The notes under the pieces were generated by a model. It did not search any database. It had not been told where the DNA came from and saw only the letters and a program-made list of their open reading frames with translations. A program made the position numbers and the translations under genes. Below are positions 34,920-46,176 of a stretch of DNA of 64,000 bases, one piece after another (position 1 is the stretch's first letter; every line of letters begins with the position of its first letter). The DNA lies in contig NC_027219.1 in assembly GCF_000981445.1 (NCBI RefSeq), forward strand, positions 620,001-684,000, written 5' to 3'. This DNA comes from Babesia bigemina. Taxonomy: Eukaryota.

Positions 34920-36305
34920 TCATTGGATGCGGGGCACCCCACCCAAGCAATCTATAATAGGGGTATAACCAGTGGGGTAATGTACATGATTATTCATATC
35001 TCCTGGGTGGGCATTCCACGGCCCTGCGACGTGTGTGTTCATCAGGGCAGGCGTGTAGTATTTCTCCTCATAAGAACACCCAAATAGCGGCGAATATCTT
35101 GGCATCATACCATGCATAGGAGCGCACTGGGGATGTTGCATGACTGCCTGCACGGGCGCCCCATCCTGCATCAACGTAGGGGTAGGCCCGCAGAGATACG
35201 GCTGACACTGTGGCATTACGGAAGACGGAACCGGTAGAACGTTCCCATATGGGGGTTGCCGGACGTTGAGCATGGCGGGCGTATTCAAACACGGTTGCGT
35301 ATAAGCATACGAATTGTTGGCCATATGATTGTATTGGACACCCATATATGACTTGTACTCGTTAGGTCCCACCATTCCGCTGCTGAGTGGGTGAAATCCC
35401 TCGCCCTCTTGGGCAGCTTTACTTGGCATCGGGAGCAAGGTATTGGGGAAATCAGTGCTATACTCTGCACCTGTCCTACTGGAGGTTTCCTGCATGGTTA
35501 GCTTTTTGATGTAATCATACAGTCGATGCACCATAAAAGAGTATTTTCTCATGAGCAATTCGCATTCATTCCCTTTGACATCTTTGATAAACTGCGTGTT
35601 GTAAGGTGACGCAACTGCTGCCCTACCTGTAGCAAGGAAGCTGCGCCCTTTATTTCTGTTTCTAATGTTTTCGTGTTTATAAGATCCGTGACAGATTCCC
35701 CGCAGCTTTGTAATATGCCCTCACAGATGCGTTGCAGCTCATGGGCCGAACTAAGCCAGCTGGAAGAGTACGTGCCGTCTGAAAAGTGTTATGCCACATC
35801 ACTAAGTTCGAATCGTACCTTCATTGACAACTGTGTCAGAAATCAACACATTTAGCCGTTCTAGCATGCCAGTTATGGTAGTAGGGCTGAAGGAATGGTT
35901 ATATCTGCCTGCCGAATTCTCGGGTCTGAGATTCGCTTTCACATCCCCAGATGAAATATCCGCATTAAACACCGACGAGCGGGGGGCGAACGCTTCTAAA
36001 GGTATAGAAACAGAAGAGTGCGACTGCTGGTCAGACAAAAGCATCCTAGATTGAGAACCAGGTAGGGATGAAGTGTGCACCTTGGCCAAGTCAACCGCAT
36101 TCTCTGCGGTCGACAGCGCACACACTCCAGTTCTGGGAGTCGTCTGCAATGAGCGACTTGTATCTTCGTCAGCCAGTGCCCCCTTCAGGGAAGAAAATGA
36201 AACTCTGCCGCGTTTAGGGCCCTCCTTTGGTGGGCACCGCTTCGCTTTGTACGCATTACCTAAGGCCTCAGCACACTCCGCATCAACCTCAGCAAACCAA
36301 AGCAT
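34920..36305 (-). CDS. Hypothetical multi-exon protein with a Pro/Met/Tyr-rich low-complexity C-terminus
   Basis: Consecutive minus-strand ORFs 35802-36317 and 34920-35558 are joinable via short introns. Confidence 0.6.
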
Positions 36306-36674
36306 CTTTAAGTGCAAAGATTCTACAGAGAAGGTGCGCGCAAAGAACTGTTGTGGATTCCGACGTCGCCCCCTGCTGTTTGGTGTGCTAGCTCGACTTA
36401 CGTGTGTCTTCCACCAAACAAACCGTGTCTTCCTCCCTTAACAAACTCGCTAATATATAATTTAAATGGCCGTCTACGCTATGCAAAATTTATGAAGTGA
36501 GGGTGAATATACACGTACACAACCCGTATAGGTTGGCAGAATCTTCTCACTTTCTTCCCTGTTACACACACTCATTCTTAATTGATATAACGAAATATCA
36601 TATGAAACTATGGTTACAACTGAGGTTGGAAGATGTGTTTAACGCGCCTCTTTTTAGTTAAAACGACAAATAGT

Positions 36675-36686
36675 AAAAACAAAAAA
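36675..36686 (-). terminator. Pol III oligo-T terminator of tRNA-Asp
   Basis: TTTTTTGTTTTT lies immediately 3' of the tRNA on the minus strand. Confidence 0.8.
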
Positions 36687-36687
36687 G

Positions 36688-36759
36688 CTCCAGAGCGGGG
36701 AATCGAACCCCGGTCACCCGCGTGACAGGCGGGGATACTAACCGCTATACTACTCCGGA
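36688..36759 (-). tRNA. tRNA-Asp(GTC)
   Basis: TCCGGAGTAGTATAGCGGTTAGTATCCCCGCCTGTCACGCGGGTGACCGGGGTTCGATTCCCCGCTCTGGAG: 72 nt, cloverleaf fold, GTC anticodon, GTTCGA T-loop. Confidence 0.97.
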
Positions 36760-37679
36760 TCGATTGTTCTTCGATATCACGAATTCAAATACTTACTTGC
36801 ACTTATATTGTCTCTTTTGGGGGAGTATGGGCAACTAAAACGCAATGTTAATCGTCAGTGTTTCGGCCACAATGTTTTATACCACTGATATGAGCATGAC
36901 AATTTGCATCATAAGGCGCAATATTTTATTCCGTAAGCCTTTTGGCATATTAAATGTAGCAGTTGCCCATACCATAGCCAGGGCTATAAGCCGCTCAAAG
37001 GTGTATATACAACAGCCATCCAAATGGGCAGACGAGTCCACCATATCTTTGACAGACTGATACAGTGCACATGAGTTAAAAGAGGCGATACCACGCGATA
37101 ACTCGTAATACCCGGGTGGGCCTTGGAAGCGTATTATCTATAGTCCTCATACGTCGTTTATCTCACGATTACAGCGCTGTCATACATGTTCAAATGATAA
37201 CTATGACGCACAAAAAAAACAAGGTCGCCTCAAATTCTGCGGAAACCTCAATTAGAATGGCACAACCCACATTTCTCCAAACTATTTCCCTAAAGTGCTT
37301 ATTTTTGTTCTTCCGTTTTAGACTGCCACGTGGCTCCGTTTGGGTTGGGCATGTTTTGGCGTTTAGCGGAGTAGTGACTCACGCCGACTGTTTAGGCTGC
37401 GTAATTCCACAGAATGTGTACACTTGAGACATTGAAGCATACGAATCCGCAATCTGATCAGACTAAGCTGCGCCATTAATTCAAATCATTTGGCGCTGGG
37501 CACTGCTTAGCCCCCGACTGACGGCGGCACCATTGTAAATGAAGGTCTTGTAAACATTGTTACAATTACATTTCATTGATTAGATGTGTTTCGTGAGGAT
37601 TAGATGGCTACTGACTGGGAATCGGAGTCGGCACCTTTTTGTGCCTGGCCGCTTTCACAGCTCTTGCAATCCCCTATCA

Positions 37680-38435
37680 CTACAACTCCCAGAAGCCAGC
37701 GAGGTCGAAAATGAAGTTAGTTGTCTCGTATCTAAAGCCGCCCAAAGCACGGCCGACATACGAAGCCGTCATGCCAGTGCGGCGTTCTGGCTTTACGTAA
37801 CCCAAGGCTTGTATCAACTGCTGCATACGCTTATAAGTAATAAACGGCGGCAATCTCAATTTCGTAAGAAAACTAGCCAGCTCCAAAGATGACATGCTTG
37901 CCCGTAACATTGGCGCAATACCCACGAAGACAGCTGCGGAATCTTCCGCCTTTTGGGTACATGATTTACTCCACGCAGCCTCTGGACTGTGAGCAGACTC
38001 GTACTCGCCTGGGCTTTTAATATCATCCAAGAATATCTCGGTACCATGAACAACTTTGTCAAGGTTCTCCACAATGGCTCCAGCAGTGATACCCTTGCCC
38101 TTTACGACGTTCTTATCGGATTCGTCAACAACCCGAAAGTACTTAGCTAACCCGCCGGGTGATGTATTAATAAGGTCGTTGTACCGTTTAACCAGCCCTC
38201 CTACGAACCACTGGTTCGCAAGCTCCGGTTGATCCAGGAACGTTTTAGTAACATGCTTAACTTCTTCGAGGGCCGGCATCTCCATCTTGTCAACAGTTTT
38301 GTCTGCCAGGGAACTGAAGAGTGCGGCACACAATGCTGCTACGTTGCTTTTAGCATCATCTCCCCTCACGGCCACCAACCAGTCAATGGCCTCCTTGAAG
38401 TTGCGAGGGACATTGGTCAACGAATTGTATACCAT
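37680..38435 (-). CDS. Short ves-like (VESA N-terminal domain) protein, intact, 251 aa
   Basis: MVYNSLTNVPRNFKEAIDWL resembles the VESA1 N-terminal 'LT.PP.NLKEAIDW' motif. There is no C-terminal TM. Confidence 0.85.
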   Translation of the reverse strand: MVYNSLTNVPRNFKEAIDWLVAVRGDDAKSNVAALCAALFSSLADKTVDKMEMPALEEVKHVTKTFLDQPELANQWFVGGLVKRYNDLINTSPGGLAKYFRVVDESDKNVVKGKGITAGAIVENLDKVVHGTEIFLDDIKSPGEYESAHSPEAAWSKSCTQKAEDSAAVFVGIAPMLRASMSSLELASFLTKLRLPPFITYKRMQQLIQALGYVKPERRTGMTASYVGRALGGFRYETTNFIFDLAGFWEL

Positions 38436-39883
38436 TTTGAAGGGTTAGCTAAATTACGCAATTATTGTAATAAAATCGTGTGAATTTCGGGTCTATCTAC
38501 TAATTGCGTCGCGAAGATCCCGCGTATGTAATAGGAACACTGAATGCAGGTAATGTCGTAATAGCGGGGAAGGACAAGACAAGTGTTGTTGCCTTCTAAT
38601 ACATATGCGCTTTAGCACGGTATGCGAATTCTTCTTAATGCGAACGAGGCAGACCTAGGCGAAGCAATGGCGACCCAAGTGCCGTATCGCTGCCAGTTCT
38701 AGACAATAAGCGTGGCATGTACTATGTAAAGCGCGAGTGATAGACGTGCATAAGTTTTGGCCAAAAAGGGCTTACACAGTAGCTCTGCGTGTTGAATCAA
38801 TGTGTAGCAATGTGTATATATTTCAACAATGTTGCAAGTGGTTGCGAGTGGTGTGTTGCGGCGCTTATGGAGTCGCGCGTTACACGCTGTTGATCGACCT
38901 CGCAATCATTCGGTGACGAAGTCAGACGATTCTTCTACTGTCTAACGTGCGTATCGTAATTGTGTTGTGCTTTAGGTGATTGCGGCAACTGCGATTCCTA
39001 AGGTTTCTTGGCATGTAACAACTTCAGACGATGGCACCGTTGGTCGCCTTCCCTATAAATCAGGCATCATATCAGCGGTGATCGGCGGTTGCTGCAGAAT
39101 CTAGTGCACAATTATTTTTGGTACTGCTGTGTGTATGCGTACGATCTTGTGTGTATGCGCGTCCTTCATGTGTGTATTCTTGGGGGAATAGTTTGTTGGT
39201 TTGTAAACTAATCGTACGGCTCTACTAGTAGGTGTTAATTGCGGAACATTGCAGCTCCTATGCGACGTTCTATAAAGCCTGAGGGAATCTCGAAATTTGA
39301 CGCAATCTTCCACGGCGGGATTCCTGAACCGCAGTTGTACACATTCCCATATATCGTTTGCCCATACCAATGTGAGCTCATTTGAATTCCAATTGAAGGT
39401 CATGCCTCCAGTTCAGGCTGCCACTTTTCCGCCGCACCCATATACCACGCTAATGGTCTAACAACGGTCTGTGTGAACCACGGTGTAGGATTAAGATGCA
39501 GTAGATTCATATCGATTCCTCAAGAGACACGACATATCACATCACATGGGTACTCAAACAATCATTCGCATTCCGTACATTCATCTGGCGGACGCGTCAC
39601 CGAATCTTACAAGGCGTTGTCGTGCTGCCGACTTTAGCGATCGCCAGACCAGAGCATAAACAAATCAACTAACGCATTCGTGTATTACATTACTTTCGAG
39701 TTGCTGCTTAGGTGATATGCGCGTATTATTACTGGATGGAAGCGTGTACAGCAAGGGTGAAGTGCACAAGGAGGGTAGGAAGCACTGCGTGAACGTCGTC
39801 CCCGTCTTTTCTTCATCCAGGCTGTCGCATAGTTCGTGCCCACGCTGCCACCTTCACGTGGCGATTCCCGCGGGTGCAAAGAG

Positions 39884-40978
39884 CTATTTACAAGCCTCCT
39901 TCACTCTCAGAATTATGGTCTTCTTCAGGCGGAAGATCCTCTGTACCATCCTCACTGCCTGCACTAAACGTGTCGTTTGATCTATGTTCCACGTCTTCAC
40001 GCGTATTGTTGTTTTTGTCACGTTCTGAATGGTGCTTTTTAGCGGAGGTGCAAAATGAATCATCCGGTCTAGATTCTCCGCACTATGCTTGACACATTTG
40101 GTTATGTATTTGGCATAGTCGGCAGTGTCAATGATAACCTGTTCCATATTTCTACTACCGCAACTCTCAGAAGTGCTGCTAGAGTTGCGGTCATACTCAC
40201 TACGAAAACGGAAACGTTTCTTTATAGGCTTCCGGAATTTACGCAAAGTTTTACGACATTTATCTTTATATCCTGCTTCTGAATCATCTTTGCCGGCGCC
40301 GCTACCCGCTGCCCGTGAATCATCTTTTCCGCCACCTCTACCAGCTTCTTCTGATGCGAATATGTCTCTTATAACAGCTGCTTGTGACGATAATGCGCTG
40401 CCTTGATATGCTGCTTGTGACGGCAATGCGCTGCCTTGATACGCTGCTTGTGACAGAAATGCGCGGCCTGCAACAGTTTCTTGTGACGGCAATGCGCTGC
40501 CTTGATACGCTGCTTGTGACAGAAATGCGCGGTCTGAAACAGGCTCTTGTGGAATGAATTGGGGGGGTGCAACAGCTGCTTGTGACGGGAATGCGCGGCC
40601 TGTAACCGACTCTTGTGGAATGAATTGGGGGGGTGCAACAGCTGCTTGTGACGGGAATGCGCGGCCTGAAACAGGCACTTGTGACGGGAATGCGCGGCCT
40701 GTAACCGACTCTTGTGGAATGAATTGGGGGGGTGCAACAGCTGCTTGTGACGGGAATGCGCTGCCTTGATACGCTGCTTGTGACGCGTTTATGCCTCTTG
40801 TAGCCGCTGATTGTGAACCCATTTCGTCCTCGTTAGTGCCCCTATGTTCTATTGTATCACTACCTCGTGTGCTATCCTTGTATGTCCCATTGATACCTTC
40901 CTTTACTTCCTCACCCTTGTCAATAGAAATTGCCGTTGCCACAATGTTTGGCTTGTCTTCTCCAGTTAAATCCGCCAT
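39884..40978 (-). CDS. Repeat-rich hypothetical protein paralogue; C-terminus frameshifted
   Basis: Same flanks as 17339-19384 but different 11-aa units. A 1-bp loss near 40041 changes the last ~50 aa. Confidence 0.65.
   Translation of the reverse strand: MADLTGEDKPNIVATAISIDKGEEVKEGINGTYKDSTRGSDTIEHRGTNEDEMGSQSAATRGINASQAAYQGSAFPSQAAVAPPQFIPQESVTGRAFPSQVPVSGRAFPSQAAVAPPQFIPQESVTGRAFPSQAAVAPPQFIPQEPVSDRAFLSQAAYQGSALPSQETVAGRAFLSQAAYQGSALPSQAAYQGSALSSQAAVIRDIFASEEAGRGGGKDDSRAAGSGAGKDDSEAGYKDKCRKTLRKFRKPIKKRFRFRSEYDRNSSSTSESCGSRNMEQVIIDTADYAKYITKCVKHSAENLDRMIHFAPPLKSTIQNVTKTTIRVKTWNIDQTTRLVQAVRMVQRIFRLKKTIILRVKEACK
40360..40820 (-). repeat. 33-bp tandem array (~14 units; SQAAVAPPQFI / PQESVTGRAFP / SQAAYQGSALP)
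   Basis: The motif cttgtg recurs at 33-bp spacing. Confidence 0.9.
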
Positions 40979-41326
40979 CTCGCAAGCAACCGATTCAAAC
41001 GTAGTAATGCGAAATAATTGGCCACGGCTGTATAGCTAAATGGTTTTGTTCAAACTAAAGACAGACTGTCGTCGACGTGTGCTCTCGAAATGTGTTCCTG
41101 AAGCTAGCCGCCCTCAAAAACACGCCGTATTCACCTCTAACAGCAGATGTATCGTCTAGTTACTGCGCCAGCATGATAAGAATTAAAATAGACTCACCTG
41201 TATTTGAAGCGAGAGGAATGCCAATGCTTCACGTAAGATTGTAGTGTGTGCACGCTCGTTGCAACCTTCTCGGGGTTACGAATAAGTGGGTAGCCATGTT
41301 TGCGGGGCGCCCTTCAAAGTCTGTGC

Positions 41327-41803
41327 TGGGGTGTGGTACGGGGTCACGACTCTAAGGATCACTACAATGCTAAGCACAGATGCCCTTTACTGCGTCGTTC
41401 ACCCAGACAAGGTCCAATATTTATAGGGTGTCACATTTAGACACCGATTCACCTCATCTAACCACCCACTCACCCGGCGGATGAGCCAACACCCAAATTT
41501 GCCAACTGGGTCTCATTCCTCTGTTACCATTGGCCTACACCAATGAATGGCAACTAAGTCACTGCAACACTAAATGAACATGTAAAAAGGCATTGTGCAA
41601 TTTGTGTAATGTTACTGGCTATACCTGGTCTGCGGCCGAATTAACTTTTGTTCCAGAGTGCATACTGTGCGATGTAGCTCTCTGGATTGGGTCGGGTGTT
41701 GATATCATCGGGATACCGCATCATACTGTAGGTGTGAGATGCGTGATCTGCGCCATCCAGTTGCTGTAGTGGTCACAGACCCCTACATGCAAGGCTGCGG
41801 CGT
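41327..41803 (+). repeat. ~480-bp direct repeat 'D', copy 2, truncated inside the 6-Cys fragment
   Basis: Matches 15560-16037. ORF 41739 shares MRDLRHPVAVVVTDPYMQGCGVT with ORF 15973 and then diverges. Confidence 0.95.
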
Positions 41804-43605
41804 CACAACGCACCCACTGACCAATAGGGTCTCCCACGTCATTCCCTATAAGGCCTTAATAACGAATTGCCGGAAAAATGCTCTCCTACAACTCCCACTC
41901 CTTCGACGATGTATCTATGGGTCAACACAAAATGTAACAGTTATTGTCGCATTAACTAAGTCACATGTTACCTTGTGGTCGGTTGTGTTTCAGTTTCGAA
42001 CAGCTGTGTTGGTAGAGTCTATATGCATTCACCAGCTACCCATTGGCTAATCGAGTCTGCACGGCATTCCATGGCCATGTAGCATATAGATCGCCTTCTG
42101 CAGCGCACGAGATGGTCTCCATGGTTCCAACCTGCGCCGCCTGTATGCGCCAGCTACCCCCGGAATACGTTTATTGTGGTACTACCATATCTGAAAATTC
42201 AATCGCGTTCTACGTTCACCACTATTAAAGTATTCCCCGTCAATAGTGCCAGCAGTTCACGCAAGCATCTCTGGGTGATTTAGCCTCTTGCACTCAGAAA
42301 GAGTTTACAGTGCTACAGGATGCTATTGGGCACCCTATACAATTTGAAACACGGTCTCACGTTTCGTCGTTATAGTCATACAAAGCAGAACACTGTACGG
42401 GTCATCACGCCACATATACATGAGTAACGCATGCAAATATATTGAAAGTTCGATTTTTTCAATACGGTGCTACGATAGATGTCGTATGATACCTCATAAA
42501 AGATTTCACCACATGTGCTTCACATATAGCATATAACTTGTCCACACTACAACTTATACTCCGAAATCTAATCACGTTGATGGCCTTTGTGAGGGTGAAC
42601 GAATTTAGCCATAATGAAACATGTATCGCTGAGCATGTGAACACAGCGTAAGAACTATTGCGTATTCAGATTGAAGTTCTATATCGCTGTATATTTCACC
42701 ACGAGCATTGAGAACAATGCAAAATTGATTTAACCATAATAGCCCAAATGGGATATGCTGCTGAACTGCGTGGCATCCATGTCTTGTAAGAAAGGACACC
42801 ACGGGTGCCAGCCTCTATTGCGTAGACAGTCTCACTGTATACTTTATAACACCGTGAATTTCGTATTCGTGATATAATAAAATGAATCTGACCATATGGT
42901 GACATATGCCGGATAACGGGGACATCACCAGTCGGTACAGCAGGGGAGATATGATCTGATCGCGTATCCAACCCCTACGAACGAAAACAATTCGTTCTCT
43001 ATGACCTTCACAAAATGTGTACGTGCTGTAATGCTCTGTTACAAACGTGAGCATGTCCACAACACTTTGGAAACGATGTCGGTTGGAAGACGGCGCAACG
43101 GTCCGACATTGAACACACAACGCAATTATACAGATGTGTTAACACGTTAGACATGAAACACAATACCGTATTGTGTAAAGCATAACGGCACAGATGTGTG
43201 CACCTCACTCTAATGTAAAAATTTTATCGCACAAGACAGTGCATACCGCCCCGTGACACTATATGGCGTTTCAATAGGACACCATGCATACAAACGTTTG
43301 TCTAAGGTTAATGAAAAAGATGTGGAAGTCGGCCGCAACCCCTTGTGGTTGGCGCGTCCACCTGGAATCACGAATCCAGTATAACACCACAACATGAATA
43401 CTGCCATGTAACAGTTATCGAATTCACCATTTTCTATGACAGTTAGTGTTGCTGTAACGCTTTTCATTCGTCGGGCGGTTCTACAGTGTTCACGTCGGGC
43501 GCCGGCACGTCGTTTTATTGCGTCTTCGTACAGACCAATATTTGCAACAATTCCAACTGACTAAAAGACGTACACTTAACCTTGTAACCATAACTACCTA
43601 TCAAG

Positions 43606-45127
43606 ATGGTATGTTGCTGTCTTCCGTTGCTTAGGTGCCCGTGGTGTTGCCGTAGTTTCGCCATTGTTTGTCTCGTGCTTTCTCATGGATACACCAATGT
43701 TACGGTGAAAACATGATGCCACAATGTGTGTGTGATGTGGGCCCTTCGTTTGTGGCGCTGCTGTCTAACGGTTGTGCGTTTAGACCGATGTGTGATATGC
43801 CCTACCAACCTTCCGTAATGTGACCGTGTCATCGATGGGCCCAGAAACGCAGCAGTTATTCTTTCTTCTGAGACACGTATAGTGCCATGTTTTACATTCT
43901 TTTGACGGTGAATTCGACCCCCTTCCTTGCAACATGTTTATTTATATTACTGGATGTCTATTTGCTCAACCGATCATGGCAATTTCCTCTAAATGGCACC
44001 TGCTTTGTTTATTGCGCCAACAATTACGTCTACGCTCGTATTAAATGCGTTTTCAGGTAAAACTATCCCAGGAACGTGCTAAGGAGTTGGCGGAGAATGC
44101 ACGCCGCATTGCCGCCCCGGGAAAGGGTATCCTTGCAGCCGACGAGAGCACCGGCACCATTAAGAAGCGTTTTGACAATGTAGGCGTCGAGAACACGGAA
44201 CAGAACCGCGCTGACTACCGCTCCCTGTTGTTTTCAACCAAAGGCCTTGGAGAGTACATTTCGGGTTGCATTCTTTTCGAGGAGACGCTGTTCCAGCAGT
44301 CCCCATGCGGCAAGAGCATGGTTGAGCTCTTGCTCGCCGAGGGTATCTTGCCTGGCATTAAGGTGGACAAGGGACTGGTGCCCATCCCCAACACTGACGA
44401 GGAAGTCAGCACCACCGGTTTGGACGGTTTGGCTGAAAGATGCCAGAAATACTACAACGCCGGCGCCCGCTTCGCCAAATGGCGCGCGGTTTTGTCCATT
44501 GACGTTGCTAAGAACAAGCCGTCTAACCTGTCCGTGCTAGAGACCGCCCACACGCTGGCGCGTTACGCTTCCATCTGCCAGCAGAACGGCTTGGTGCCCA
44601 TCGTGGAGCCCGAGATTTTGGCCGACGGTGACCACTCCATCGAGGTGTGCGCTGAGGTTACTGAGCGCGTGTTGGCTGCCGTCTTCAAAGCCCTGAGCGA
44701 CCACAAGGTGCTGCTTGAAGGCGCTCTTCTTAAGCCGAACATGGTGACCCAAGGTGTCGACTGCAAGGACAAGCCGTCCCCGCAGACAGTAGGCTTCCTC
44801 ACCTCCCGTGCGCTACGTCGCACTGTCCCACCCGCTCTCCCTGGCATAATGTTCCTCTCTGGTGGCCAGTCCGAATCCATGGCCACCGTCCACCTGAACG
44901 AGATCAACAAGTGCAACAAGCACCCATGGAGCCTAAGCTTCTCCTACGGCCGTGCGCTGCAATCATCTGTCATTAAGACCTGGAATGGTTCCATGGCCAA
45001 CGCTGCCGCTGCTCAGGCCGTCTTGATGAAGCTTGCGCAGCAGAACTCCGAGGCATCCACCGGCTCCTTGAAGGGCGATTTGTCGGACGACGGCCAATCG
45101 CTTTTCGAAGCTAAATACATATACTAA
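43606..45127 (+). CDS. Fructose-1,6-bisphosphate aldolase class I
   Basis: [50 protein letters not shown] and a C-terminal Tyr. The probable first exon is ATG only (43606-43608), with an intron at 43609-44056. Confidence 0.97.
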
Positions 45128-45319
45128 ATCTGTACGTGACCTTTTGTACTCTTTCGTTTGCCGCCCGTCTTGGGGGTTGCTGCCTTCCGCGTACTCCCCC
45201 ATGGACGGCGGTTTTCGGAGCGGATTCGGCCAGACAGCCCACCAAACAAAAGCTAGTTTTGTTAGAAAATTGTGTCGCAGTCTCGGTTTGTATACAACTG
45301 AGACCTTTGGGCTGGCAAG

Positions 45320-45940
45320 ATGTCGATACCAATGGATGCGGCCGCGAAGGCCGGCGCCGACTCGCCCGCCGCCCAGGTGCCGAACTTGAGCATACAGGAG
45401 CTCAACATGGTCATATTACGTTTAGAAGAGGTATGTGTGGCTGTCTAGTTGAAATTTACTGACGTTTGGCAGGAAGTCAACCAGATGCAGACTCTGGTGA
45501 ACGTGCTCACCGTTGCTGTCGAGCGGTTCCAGGAGTCCAAAAGCTGCTTAGACGAACTCTCTGATCGCAAACACGAGATCCAGGTGCCGCTAACTTCTCT
45601 TGTCTACGTGCCAGGTACGTGTCTAGTGTCTATCCGCCACTGTACATTGTTCCGCAGGCGAGATTGCGAACCCCGGTAAGGTGCTAGTTGCCATTGGAAC
45701 GGGTTATTACATTGAGATGAGCATGGACAAGGCCCATGAGTTTTACGAACGGTTTGTCTTTGGTGTTAGTTGCACATGTGTTGTAGTAAGATTGGCGTCG
45801 TGGAGGACCAGTTGCGGAAGCTTCACGCCATATGTTCGTCAAAGAACAAGCAAATTACGCAGACATACTCACTGCTCGACCACAAGCTGAACATTCTGCG
45901 CAATGCCCAGGCCGCTGCGCCTGCTGGCGGTGCTGCGTGA
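45320..45940 (+). CDS. PFDN5: Prefoldin subunit 5 (alpha), 4 exons
   Basis: IQVPLTSLVYVPG|EIANPGKVLVAIGTGYYIEM. Confidence 0.93.
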
Positions 45941-46176
45941 GATGGGGACTTCCTCCGCTTGCCTCGCTATCTTCCAACGCCGAATACATTCTAATGAAAG
46001 TTTTATCGCATTATGTCCATGGTGTGTATACGCAACAGGCTCGGTTGATTGCTTGAGGATACCGTCAGCGCGTGCCACGCCTTTTACGCTGAACATACGG
46101 CATATATACACGAAAATGGTTCAAACAGGTGCTCCACTATACTATTAGATACTTACTTTGATCATTACGCATAGCG

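Larger units (their letters stand above)
37324..41307 (-). repeat. Right arm of a large inverted repeat (~4.0 kb)
   Basis: Reverse complement of 17011-21939. The length difference is mostly the shorter tandem array. Confidence 0.97.

Noticed and set aside
17011..41307. Composite transposon / LTR element
   Set aside because: No transposase, recombinase or RT ORF was recognised and no target-site duplication was seen. The arms encode parasite gene families.
41804..43600. 1.8-kb stretch with only short ORFs
   Set aside because: No repeat, RNA structure or coding signal was recognised. It is probably intergenic or aldolase upstream DNA.
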